Shown in pieces: positions 39,681 through 52,100 of a DNA stretch of 64,000 bases. Source of the stretch: Eledone cirrhosa (taxonomy: Eukaryota). A program made the position numbers and the translations under genes. How positions within the stretch are numbered: position 1 is the first letter of the stretch; the number at the start of each line of letters is the position of its first letter. Below the pieces are notes generated by a model, which ran no database searches, had not been told where the DNA came from, and saw only the letters and a list, made by a program, of their open reading frames with translations. The stretch spans positions 101,742,001 through 101,806,000 of the forward strand of contig OZ024744.1 in the NCBI GenBank assembly GCA_964016885.1, read 5' to 3'.

Positions 39681-42600
39681 TATTGTTGGCTTTGTTTATT
39701 GTTGGGTTTTTTATTGCAGGCTTTGTTTAATGTTGGTTTGTTTTATTGTTGGCTTTGTTTATTTTTGGTTCCTTTATTGTTGGCTTTGTTTATTGTTGGT
39801 TTGTTTATTGTTGGCTTTGTTTATTGTTGGTTTGTTTATTGTTGGCTTTTTTATTGTTGGTTTGTTTATTGTTGGCTTTGTTTATTGTTGGTTTGTTTAT
39901 TATTGGCTTTGTTTATTGTTGGTTTCTTTATTGTTGGCTTTGTTTATTGATGGTTTGTTTATTGTTGGCTTTGTTTATTGTTGGTTTGTTTATTGGTGGC
40001 TTTGTTTATTGTTGGTTTGTTTATTGTTGGCTCTGTTTATTGTTGGCTTTTTTTATTGTTGGTTTGTTTATTATTGGCTTTAATTATTGTTGGTTTGTCT
40101 ATTGTTGGCTTTGTTTATTGTTGGTTTGTTTATTGTCGGTTTTGTTTATTGTTGCTTTCTTTATTGTTGGTTTGTTTATTGTTAGCTTTGTTTATTGCTC
40201 GTTTGTTTATTGTTGGTTTATTTATTGTTGGCTTTGTTTATTGTTGGTTTGTTTATTGTTGGCTTTGTATATTGTGGGTTTGTTTATTGTTGGCTTTGTT
40301 TATTGTTGGGTTTTTTATTGCAGGCTTTGTTTAATGTTGGTTTGTTTTATTGTTGGCTCTGTTTATTTTTGGTTCCTTTATTGTTGGCTTTGTTTATTGT
40401 TGGTTTGTTTATTGTTGGCTTTGTTTATTGTTGGTTTGTTTATTGTTGGCTTTTTTTATTGTTGGTTTGTTTATTGTTGGCTTTGTTTATTGTTGGTTTG
40501 TTTATTGGTGGATTTGTTTATTGTTGGTTTGCTTATTGGTGGCTTTGTTTATTGTTGGTTTGTTTATTGTTGGCTTTGTTAATTGTTGGTATATTTATTA
40601 TTGGCTTTAATTATTGTTGGTTTGTTTATTGTTGGTTTGTTTATTGTTGGTTTGTTTATTGTTGCTTTGTTTATTGTTGGTTTGTTTATTGTTGGTTTGT
40701 TTATTGTTAGCTTTGTTTATTGTTGGTTTGTTTATTATTGGCTTTAATTATTGTTGTTTTGTCTATTGTTGGCTTTGTTTATTGTTGGTTTCTTTATTGT
40801 TGGCTTTGTTTATTGTTGGTTTGTTTATTGTTGGCTTTGTTTATTGTGGGTTCGTTTATTGTTGGCTTTTTTTATTGTTGGTTTGTTATTGTTGGCTTTG
40901 TTTATTGTTCGTTTGTTTATTGTTGGTTTGTTTATTGTTGGCTTTGTTTATTGTTGGTTTGTTTATTGTTGGCTTTGTTTATTGTTGGTTTGTTTATTGT
41001 TGGCTTAGTTTATTGTTGGTTTGTTTATTGTTGGCTTTGTTTATTATGGGTTTGTTTATTGTTGGCTTTGTTTATTGTTGGTTTGTTTATTGTTGGCTTT
41101 GTTTATTGATGGTTTGTTTATTGTTGGCTTTGTTTATTTTTTGTTCCTTTATTGTTGGCTTTGTTTATTGTTGGTTTGTTTATTGTTGGCTTTGTTTATT
41201 GTTGGTTTGTTTATTGTTGGCTTTTTTTATTGTTGGTTTGTTTATTGTTGGCTTTGTTTATTGTTGGTTTGTTTCTTGTTGGCTTTGTTTATTGTTGGTT
41301 TCTTTATTGTTGGCTTTGTTTATTGATGGTTTGTTTATTGTTGGCTTTGTTTATTGTTGGTTTGTTTATTGGTGGCTTTGTTTATTGTTGGGTTTTTTAT
41401 TGCAGGCTTTGTTTAATGTTAGTTTGTTTTATTGTTGGCTTTGTTTATTTTTGGTTCCTTTATTGTTGGCTTTGTTTATTGTTGGTTTGTTTATTGTTGG
41501 CTTTGTTTATTGTTGGTTTGTTTATTGTTGGCTTTTTTTATTGTTGGTTTGTTTATTGTTGGCTTTGTTTATTGTTGGTTTGTTTATTGGTGGATTTGTT
41601 TATTGTTGGTTTGCTTATTGGTGGCTTTGTTTATTGTTGGTTTGTTTATTGTTGGCTTTGTTAATTGTTGGTTTATTTATTATTGGCTTTAATTATTGTA
41701 GGTTTGTTTATTGTTGGTTTGTTTATTGTTGGTTTGCTTATTGTTGCTTAGTTTATTGTTGGTTTGTTTATTGTTGGTTTGTTTATTGTTGGTTTGTTTA
41801 TTGTTGGTTTGTTTATTGTAGGCTTTGTTTAATGTTCGTTCGTTTATTGTTGGTTTCTTTATTGTTGGTTTGTTTTTTGTTAGTTTGTTTATTGTTGTCT
41901 TTGTTTATTTTTGGTTTGTTTATTGTCGGCTTTGTTTATTGTTGGTTTGTTTATTGTTGGCTTTGTTTATTTTTGGTTTGTTTATTACTGGCTTTGTTTA
42001 TTGTTGGTTTGTTTATTGTCGGCTTTGTTTATTGTTGGTTTGTTTATTGTTGGCTTTGTTTATTGTTGGTTTGTTTATTGTTGGCTTTGTTTATTTTTGG
42101 TTCCTTTATTGTTGGCTTTGTTTATTGTTGGTTTGTTTATTGTTGGCTTTGTTTATTGTTGGTTTGTTTATTGTTGGCTTTTTTTATTGTTGGTTTGTTT
42201 ATTGTTGGCTTTGTTTATTGTTGGTTTGTTTATTGTTGGCTTTGTTTATTGTTGGTTTCTTTATTGTTGGCTTTGTTTATTGATGGTTTGTTTATTGTTG
42301 GCTTTGTTTATTGTTGGTTTGTTTATTGGTGGAATTGTTTATTGTTGGTTTGTTTATTGTTGGCTTTGTTTATTGTTGGCTTAGTTTATTGTTGGTTTGT
42401 TTATTATTGGCTTTAATTATTGTTGGTTTGTCTATTGTTGGCTTTGTTTATTGTTGGTTTGTTTATTGTTGGTTTTGTTTATGGTTGCTTTCTTTATTGT
42501 TGGTTTGTTTATTGTTGGCTTTGTTAATTGCTCGTTTGTTTATTGTTGGTTCGTTTATTGTTGGCTTTGTTTATTGTTGGTTTGTTTATTGTTGGCTTTG

Positions 42601-44509
42601 TTTATTGTTGGTTTGTTTATTATTTGCTTTGTTTATTGTTGGTTTGTTTATTGTTGGCTTTGTTTATTTTTGGTTTGTTTATTACTTGCTTTGTTTATTG
42701 TTGGTTTGTTTATTGTTGGCTTTGTTTATTGTTGGTTTGTTTATTGTTGGCTTTATTTATTGTTGGGTTTTTTATTGCAGGCTTTATTTAATGTTGGTTT
42801 GTTTTACTGTTGGCTTTGTTTATTTTTGGTTCCTTTATTGTTGGCTTTGTTTATTGTTGGTTTGTTTATTGTTGGCTTTGTTTATTGTTGGTTTGTTTAT
42901 TGTTGGCTTTTTTTATTGTTGGTTGGTTTATTGTTGGCTTTGTTTATTGTTGGTTTGTTTATTGGTGGATTTGTTTATTGTTGGTTTGCTTATTGGTGGC
43001 TTTGTTTATTGTTGGTTTGTTTATTGTTGGCTTTGTTAATTGTTGGTTTATTTATTATTGGCTTTAATTATTGTAGGTTTGTTTATTGTTGGTTTGTTTA
43101 TTGTTGGTTTGTTTATTGTTGCTTTGTTTATTGTTGGTTTGTTTATTGTTGGTTTGTTTATTGTTGGTTTGTTTATTGTTGGTTTGTTTATTGTAGGCTT
43201 TGTTTAATGTTCGTTCGTTTATTGTTGGTTTCTTTATTGTTGGTTTGTTATTTGTTAGTTTGTTTATTGTTGTCTTTGTTTATTTTTGGTTTGTTTATTG
43301 TTGGCTTTGTTTATTGTTGGTTTGTTTATTGTTGGCTTTGTTTATTGTTGGTTTGTTTATTATTTGCTTTGTTTATTGTTGGTTTGTTTATTGTTGGCTT
43401 TGTTTATTTTTGGTTTTTGTATTACTGGCTTTGTTTATTGTTGGTTTGTTTATTGTCGGCTTTGTTTATTGTTGGTTTGTTTATTGTTGGCTTTGTTTAT
43501 TGTTGGGTTTTTTATTGCAGGCTTTGTTTAATGTTGGTTTGTTTTATTGTTGGCTTTGTTTATTTTTGGTTCCTTTATTGTTGGCTTTGTTTATTGTTGG
43601 TTTGTTTATTGTTGGCTTTGTTTATTGTTGGTTTGTTTATTGTTGGCTTTTTTATTGTTGGTTTGTTTATTGTTGGCTTTGTTTATTGTTGGTTTGTTTA
43701 TTATTGGCTTTGTTTATTGTTGGTTTCTTTATTGTTGGCTTTGTTTATTGATGGTTTGTTTATTGTTGGCTTTGTTTATTGTTGGTTTGTTTATTGGTGG
43801 CTTTGTTTATTGTTGGTTTGTTTATTGTTGGCTCTGTTTATTGTTGGCTTTTTTTATTGTTGGTTTGTTTATTATTGGCTTTAATTATCGTTGGTTTGTC
43901 TATTGTTGGCTTTGTTTATTGTTGGTTTGTTTATTGTCGGTTTTGTTTATTGTTGCTTTCTTTATTGTTGGTTTGTTTATTGTTAGCTTTGTTTATTGCT
44001 CGTTTGTTTATTGTTGGTTTATTTATTGTTGGCTTTGTTTATTGTTGGTTTGTTTATTGTTGGCTTTGTATATTGTGGGTTTGTTTATTGTTGGCTTTGT
44101 TTATTGTTGGGTTTTTTATTGCAGGCTTTGTTTAATGTTGGTTTGTTTTATTGTTGGCTCTGTTTATTTTTGGTTCCTTTATTGTTGGCTTTGTTTATTG
44201 TTGGTTTGTTTATTGTTGGCTTTGTTTATTGTTGGTTTGTTTATTGTTGGCTTTTTTTATTGTTGGTTTGTTTATTGTTGGCTTTGTTTATTGTTGGTTT
44301 GTTTATTGGTGGATTTGTTTATTGTTGGTTTGCTTATTGGTGGCTTTGTTTATTGTTGGTTTGTTTATTGTTGGCTTTGTTAATTGTTGGTATATTTATT
44401 ATTGGCTTTAATTATTGTTGGTTTGTTTATTGTTGGTTTGTTTATTGTTGGTTTGTTTATTGTTGCTTTGTTTATTGTTGGTTTGTTTATTGTTGGTTTG
44501 TTTATTGTT
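36881..44509 (+). repeat. Tandem block duplication, period 3,801 bp; junction near 40,681-40,708
   Basis: ORF pairs 37631/41432, 38596/42397, 39746/43547, 40350/44151. Private variants GGTGGAATT (about 38527/42328) and GTTGGTTGGTTT (39117/42918). Confidence 0.92.
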
Positions 44510-46143
44510 GGCTTTGTTTATTCTTGGTTTGTTTACTGCTGGCTTTGTGTAATTTTAGTTTGTTTATTGTTGGCTTTGTTTATTTTTTGTTTGTTTATTG
44601 ATGGCTTTGTTTATTGTTGGTTTGTTTATTGTTGGTTTGTTTATTGTTGGCTTTGTTTATTGTTGGTTTGTTTATTGTTCGCTTTCTTTATTGTTGGTTT
44701 GTTTATTATTGGCTTTGTTTATTGTTGGTTTGATTATTGTTGGCTTTGTTTATTGTTGGTTTGTTTATTGTTGGTTTTGTTTATGGTTGCTTTCTTTATT
44801 GTTGGTTTGTTTATTGTTGGCTTTGTTAATTGCTCGTTTGTTTATTGTTGGTTTGTTTATTGTTGGCTTTGTTTATTGTTGGTTTGTTTATTATTTGCTT
44901 TGTTTATTGTTGGTTTGTTTATTGTTGGCTTTGTTTATTTTTGGTTTGTTTATTACTGGCTTTGTTTATTGTTGGTTTGTTTATTGTTGGCTTTGTTTAT
45001 TGTTGGTTTGTTTATTGTTGGCTTTGTTTATTGTTGGGTTTTTTATTGCAGGCTTTGTTTAATGTTGGTTTGTTTTATTGTTGGCTTTGTTTATTTTTGG
45101 TTCCTTTATTGTTGGCTTTGTTTATTTTTGGTTTGTTTATTGTTGGCTTTGTTTATTGTTGGTTTGTTTATTGTTGGCTTTTTTATTGTTGGTTTGTTTA
45201 TTGTTGGCTTTGTTTATTGTTGGTTTGTTTATTGGTGGATTTGTTTATTGTTGGTTTGCTTATTGGTGGCTTTGTTTATTGTTGGTTTGTTTATTGTTGG
45301 CTTTGTTAATTGTTGGTTTATTTATTATTGGCTTTAATTATTGTAGGTTTGTTTATTGTTGGTTTGTTTATTGTTGGTTTGCTTATTGTTGCTTAGTTTA
45401 TTGTTGGTTTGTTTATTGTTGGTTTGTTTATTGTTGGTTTGTTTATTGTTGGTTTGTTTATTGTAGGCTTTGTTTAATGTTCGTTCGTTTATTGTTGGTT
45501 TCTTTATTGTTGGTTTGTTTTTTGTTGGTTTGTTTATTGTTGGCTTTGTGTATTGTTGGTTTCTTTATTGTTGGCTTTGTTTATTGTTGGTTTGTTTATT
45601 ATTGGCTTTGTTTATTTTTGGTTTGTTTATTGTTGGCTTTGTATATTTTTGGTTTGTTTATATACTGTCTTTGTTTATTGTTGGTTTGTTTATTGTTGGC
45701 TTTGTTTATAGTTGGTTTGTTTATTGTTGGTTTGTTTATTGTTGGCTTTGTTTATTGTTGGTTTGTTTATTGCTGGCTTTGTTTAATGATAGTTTGTTTA
45801 TTGTTGGCTTAGTTTATTTTTTGTTTGTATATTGTTGGCTTTGTTTACTGTTGGTTTGTTTATTGTTGGTTTGTTTATTGTTGGCTTTGTTTATTGTTGG
45901 TTTGTTTATTGTTCGCTTTCTTTATTGTTGGTTTGTTTAATTATTGGCTTTGTTTATTGTTGGTTTGTTTATTGTTGGCTTTGTTTATTGTTGGCTTCGT
46001 TTATTGCTGGTTTGTTTATTGGTGGCTTTGTTTATTGTTGGTTTGTTTATTGTTGGCTTTGTTTATTGTTGGCTTTGTTTATTGTTGGTTTGTTTCTTAT
46101 TGGCTTTGTTTATTGTTGTTTTGCTTATTTCTGGCTTTGTTTT

Positions 46144-49100
46144 TTGTTGGTTTGTTTATTGTTGGCTTTGTTTATTGTTGGTTTGTTTATTATTGGCTTT
46201 AATTATTGTTGGTTTGTCTATTGTTGGCTTTGTTTATTGTTGGTTTGTTTATTGTTGGCTCTGTTTATTGTTGCTTTCTTTATTGTTGGTTTGTTTATTG
46301 TTGGCTTTGTTTATTGCTCGTTTGTTTATTGTTGGTTTGTTTATTGTTGGCTTTGTTTATTGTTGGTTTGTTTATTGTTGGTTTGTTTATTATTTGCTTA
46401 GTTTATTGTTGGTTTGTTTATTTTTGGCTTTGTTTATTTTTGGTTTGTTTATTACTGGCTTTGTTTATTGTTGGTTCGTTTATTGTTGGCTTTGTTTATT
46501 GTTGGTTTGTTTATTGTTGGCTTTGTTTATTGTTGGGTTTTTTATTGCAGGCTTTGTTTAATGTTGGTTTGTTTTATTGTTGGCTTTGTTTATTTTTGGT
46601 TCCTTTATAGTTGGCTTTGTTTATTGTTGGTTTGTTTATTGTTGGCTTTGTTTATTGTTGGTTTGTTTATTGTTGGCTTTTTTTTATTGTTGGTTTGTTT
46701 ATTGTTGGCTTTGTTTATTGTTGGTTTGTTTATTATTGGCTTTGTTTATTGTTGGTTTCTTTATTGTTGGCTTTGTTTATTGTTGGTTTGTTTATTGTTG
46801 GCTGTGTTTATTGTTGGTTTGTTTATTGGTGGATTTGTTTATTGTTGGTTTGTTTATTGTTGGCTTTGTTTATTGTTGGCTTTGTTTATTGTTGGTTTGT
46901 TTATCGTTGGCTTTGTTTATTGTTGGTTTCCTTATTGGTGGCTTTGTTTATTGTTGGTTTATTTATTGTTGGCCTTGTTAATTGTTGGTTTATTTATTAT
47001 TGGCTTTAATTATTGTTGGTTTGTCTATTGTTGGCTTTGATTATTGTTGGTTTGTTTATTGTTGGCTTTGTGTATTATTGGCTTTGTTTATTGTTGGTTT
47101 GTTTATTGTTGCTTTGTTTATTGTTGGTTTGTTTATTGTTGGTTTGTTTATTGTTGGTTTGTTTATTGGTGGATTTGTTTATTGTTGGTTTGATTATTGG
47201 TGGCTTTGTTTATTGTTGGTTTGTTTATTGTTGGCTTTGTTAATTGTTGGTTTATTTATTATTGGCTTTAATTATTGTAGGTTTGTTTATTGTTGGTTTG
47301 TTTATTGTTGGTTTGTTTATTGTTGCTTTGTTTATTGTTGGTTTGTTTATTGTTGGTTTGTTTATTGTTGGTTTGTTTATTGTAGGCTTTGTTTAATGTT
47401 CGTTCGTTTATTGTTGGTTTCTTTATTGTTGGTTTGTTTTTTGTTAGTTTGTTTATTGTTGTCTTTGTTTATTTTTGGTTTGTTCATTGTCGGCTTTGTT
47501 TATTGTTGGTTTGTTTATTGTTGGCTTTCTTTATTGTTGGTTTGTTTATTATTGGCTTGGTTTATTGTTGTTTTATTTATTGTTGGTTTGTTTATTGTTG
47601 GCTTTGTGTATTGTTGGTTTGTTTATTGTTGGCTTTGTTTATTGTTGGTTTGTTTATTATTGGCTTTGTTTATTTTTTGTTTGTATATTGTTGGCTTTGT
47701 TTACTGTTGGTTTGTTTATTGTTGGTTTGTTTATTGTTGGCTTTGTTTATTGTTGGTTTGTTTATTGTGGTTTGTTTATTGTTGGCTTTGTTTATTGTTG
47801 GTTTGTTTATTGTTCGCTTTCTTTATTGTTGGTTTGTTTATTATTGGCTTTGTTTATTGTTGGTTTGTTTATTGTTGGCTTTGTTTATTGTTGCCTTTGT
47901 TTATTGTTGGTTTGTTTATTATTGGCTTTGTTTATTGTTGTTTTGCTTATTTCTGGCTTTGTTTAATGTTGGTTTGTTTATTGTTGGCTTTGTTTATTGT
48001 TGGTTTGTTTATTATTGGCTTTAATTATTGTTGGTTTGTCTATTGTTGGCTTTGTTTATTGTTGGTTTGTTTATTGTTGGCTTTGTTTGTTGTTGCTTTC
48101 TTTATTGTTGGTTTGTTTATTGTTGGCTTTGTTTATTGCTCGTTTGTTTATTGTTGGTTTGTTTATTGTTGGCTTTGTTTATTGTTGGTTTGTTTATTGT
48201 TGGTTTGTTTATTATTTGCTTTGTTTATTGTTGGTTTCTTTATTGTTGGCTTTGTTTATTTTTAGTTTGTTTATTACTGGCTTTGTTTATTGTTGGTTCG
48301 TTTATTGTTGGCTTTGTTTATTGTTGGTTTGTTTATTGTTGGCTTTGTTTATTGTTGGGTTTTTTATTGCAGGCTTTGTTTAATGTTGGTTTGTTTTATT
48401 GTTGGCTTTTTTTATTGTTGGTTTGTTTATTGTTGGCTTTGTTTATTGTTGGTTTGTTTATTATTGGCTTTGTTTAATGTTGGTTTCTTTATTGTTGGCT
48501 TTGTTTATTGTTGGCTTTGTTTATTGTTGGTTTGTTTATTGTTGGCTTTGTTTATTGTTTGTTTGTTTATTGGTGGCTTTGTTTATTGTTGGTTTGTTTA
48601 TTGTTGGCCTTGTTAATTGTTGGTTTATTTATTATTGGCTTTAATTATTGTTGGTTTGTCTATTGTTGGCTTTGTTTATTGTTGGTTTGTTTATTGTTGG
48701 CTTTGTGTATTATTGGCTTTGTTTATTGTTGGTTTGTTTATTGTTGCTTTGTTTATTGTTGGTTTGTTTATTGTTGGTTTGTTTATTGTTGGTTTGTTTA
48801 TTGTAGGCTTTGTTTAATGTTCGTTCGTTTATTGTTGGTTTCTTTATTGTTGGTTTGTTTTTTGTTAGTTTGTTTATTGTTGTCTTTGTTTATTTTTGGT
48901 TTGTTTATTGTCGGCTTTGTTTATTGTTGGTTTGTTTATTGTTGGCTTTCTTTATTGTTGGTTTGTTTATTATTGGCTTGGTTTATTGTTGGTTTATTTA
49001 TTGTTGGTTTGTTTATTGTTGGCTTTGTTTATTGTTGGTTTGTTTATTGTTGGCTTTGTTTATTGTTGGTTTGTTTATTATTGGCTTTGTTTATTTTTGG

Positions 49101-52100
49101 TTTGTTTATTGTTGGCTTTGTATATTTTTGGTCTGTTTATATACTGGCTTTGTTTATTGTTGGTTTGTTTATTGTTGGCTTTGTTTATTGTTGGTTTGTT
49201 TATTGTTGGTTTGTTTATTGTTTGCTTTGTTTATTGTTGGTTTGTTTATTGCTGGCTTTGTTTAATGATAGTTTGTTTATTGTTGGCTTTGTTTTTTTTG
49301 TATTTATTTTGTTGGCTTTGTTTACTGTTGGTTTGTTTATTGTTGGTTTGTTTATTGTTGGCTTTGTTTATTGTTGGTTTGTTTATTGTTGGCTTTCTTT
49401 ATTGTTGGTTTGTTTATTATTGGCTTGGTTTATTGTTGGTTTATTTATTGCTGGTTTGTTTATTGTTGGCTTTGTGTATTGTTGGTTTGTTTATTGTTGG
49501 CTTTGTTTATTGTTGGTTTGTTTATTATTGGCTTTGTTTATTTTTGGTTTGTTTATTGTTGGCTTTGTATATTTTTGGTTTGTTTATATACTGTCTTTGT
49601 TTATTGTTGGTTTGTTTATTGTTGGCTTTGTTTATAGTTGGTTTGTTTATTGTTGGTTTGTTTATTGTTGGTTTGTTTATTGCTGGCTTTGTTTAATGAT
49701 AATTTGTTTATTGTTGGCTTTGTTTATTTTTTGTTTGTATATTGTTGGCTTTGTTTACTGTTGGTTTGTTTATTGTTGGTTTGTTTATTGTTGGCTTTGT
49801 TTATTGTTGGTTTGTTTATTGTTCGCTTTCTTTATTGTTGGTTTGTTTATTATTGGCTTTGTTTATTGTTGGTTTGTTTATTGTTGGCTTTGTTTATTGT
49901 TGGCTTCGTTTATTGCTGGTTTGTTTATTGGTGGCTTTGTTTATTGTTGGTTTGTTTATTGTTGGCTTTGTTTAGTGTTGGCTTTGTTTATTGTTGGTTT
50001 GTTTATTATTGGCTTTGTTTATTGTTGTTTTGCTTATTTCTGGCTTTGTTTAATGTTGGTTTGTTTATTGTTGGCTTTGTTTATTGTTGGTTTGTTTATT
50101 ATTGGCTTTAATTATTGTTGGTTTGTCTATTGTTGGCTTTGTTTATTGTTGGTTTGTTTATTGTTGGCTTTGTTTATTGTTGCTTTCTTTATTGTTGGTT
50201 TGTTTATTGTTGGCTTTGTTTGTTGCTCGTTTGTTTATTGTTGGTTTGTTTATTGTTGGCTTTGTTTATTGTTGGTTTGTTTATTGTTGGTTTGTTTATT
50301 ATTTGCTTTGTTTATTGTTGGTTTGTTTATTGTTGGCTTTGTTTATTTTTGGTTTGTTTATTACTGGCTTTGTTTATTGTTGGTTCGTTTATTGTTGGCT
50401 TTGTTTATTGTTGATTTGTTTATTGTTGGCTTTGTTTATTGTTGGGTTTTTTATTGCAGGCTTTGTTTAATGTTGGTTTGTTTTATTGTTGGCTTTGTTT
50501 ATTTTTGGTTCCTTTATTGTTGGCTTTGTTTATTGTTGGCTTTGTTTATTGTTGGTTTGTTTATTGTTGGCTTTTTTTATTGTTGGTTTGTTTATTGGTG
50601 GATTTGTTTATTGTTGGTTTCTTTATTGTTGGCTTTGTTTATTGTTGGTTTGTTTATTGTTGGCTTTGTTATTGTTGGTTTGTTTATTGGTGGATTTGTT
50701 TATTGTTGGTTTGTTTATTGTTGGCTTTGTTTATTGTTGGCTTTGTTTATTGTTGGTTTGTTTATTGTTGGATTTGTTTATTGTTGGTTTGCTTATTGGT
50801 GGCTTTGTTTATTGTTGGTTTGTTTATTGTTGGCCTTGTTAATTGTTGGTTTATTTATTATTGGCTTTAATTATTGTTGGTTTGTCTATTGTTGGCTTTG
50901 TTTATTGTTGGTTTGTTTATTGTTGGCTTTGTGTATTATTGGCTTTGTTTATTGTTGGTTTGTTTATTGTTGCTTTTTTTATTGTTGGTTTGTTTATTGT
51001 TGGTTTCTTTATTGTTGGTTTGTTTATTGTAGGCTTTGTTTAATGTTCGTTCGTTTATTGTTGGTTTCTTTATTGTTGGTTTGTTTTTGTTAGTTTGTTT
51101 ATTGTTGTCTTTGTTTATTTTTGGTTTGTTTATTGTCGGCTTTGTTTATTGTTGGTTTGTTTATTGTTGGCTTTCTTTATTGTTGGTTTGTTTATTATTG
51201 GCTTGATTTATTGTTGGTTTATTTATTGTTAGTTTGTTTATTGTTGGCTTTGTTTATTGTTGGTTTGTTTATTGTTGGCTTTGTTTATTGTTGGTTTGTT
51301 TATTATTGGCTTTGTTTATTTTTGGTTTGTTTATTGTTGGCTTTGTATATTTTTGGTTTGTTTATATACTGGCTTTGTTTATTGTTGGTTTGTTTATTGT
51401 TGGCTTTGTTTATTGTTGGTTTGTTTATTGTTGGTTTGTTTATTGTTTGCTTTGTTTATTGTTGGTTTGTTTATTGCTGGCTTTGTTTAATGATAGTTTG
51501 TTTATTGTTGGCTTTGTTTATTTTCTGTTTGTTTATTGTTGGTTTGTTTATTGTTGGCTTTGTTTATTGTTGGTTTGTTTATTATTGGCTTTAATTATTG
51601 TTGGTTTGTCTATTGTTGGCTTTGTTTATTGTTGGTTTGTTTATTGTTGGCTCTGTTTATTGTTGCTTTCTTTATTGTTGGTTTGTTTATTGTTGGCTTT
51701 GTTTATTGCTCGTTTGTTTATTGTTGGTTTGTTTATTGTTGGCTTTGTTTATTGTTGGTTTGTTTATTGTTGGTTTGTTTATTATTTGCTTAGTTTATTG
51801 TTGGTTTGTTTATTTTTGGCTTTGTTTATTTTTGGTTTGTTTATTACTGGCTTTGTTTATTGTTGGTTCGTTTATTGTTGGCTTTGTTTATTGTTGGTTT
51901 GTTTATTGTTGGCTTTGTTTATTGTTGGGTTTTTTATTGCAGGCTTTGTTTAATGTTGGTTTGTTTTATTGTTGGCTTTGTTTATTTTTGGTTCCTTTAT
52001 AGTTGGCTTTGTTTATTGTTGGTTTGTTTATTGTTGGCTTTGTTTATTGTTGGTTTGTTTATTGTTGGCTTTTTTTTATTGTTGGTTTGTTTATTGTTGG

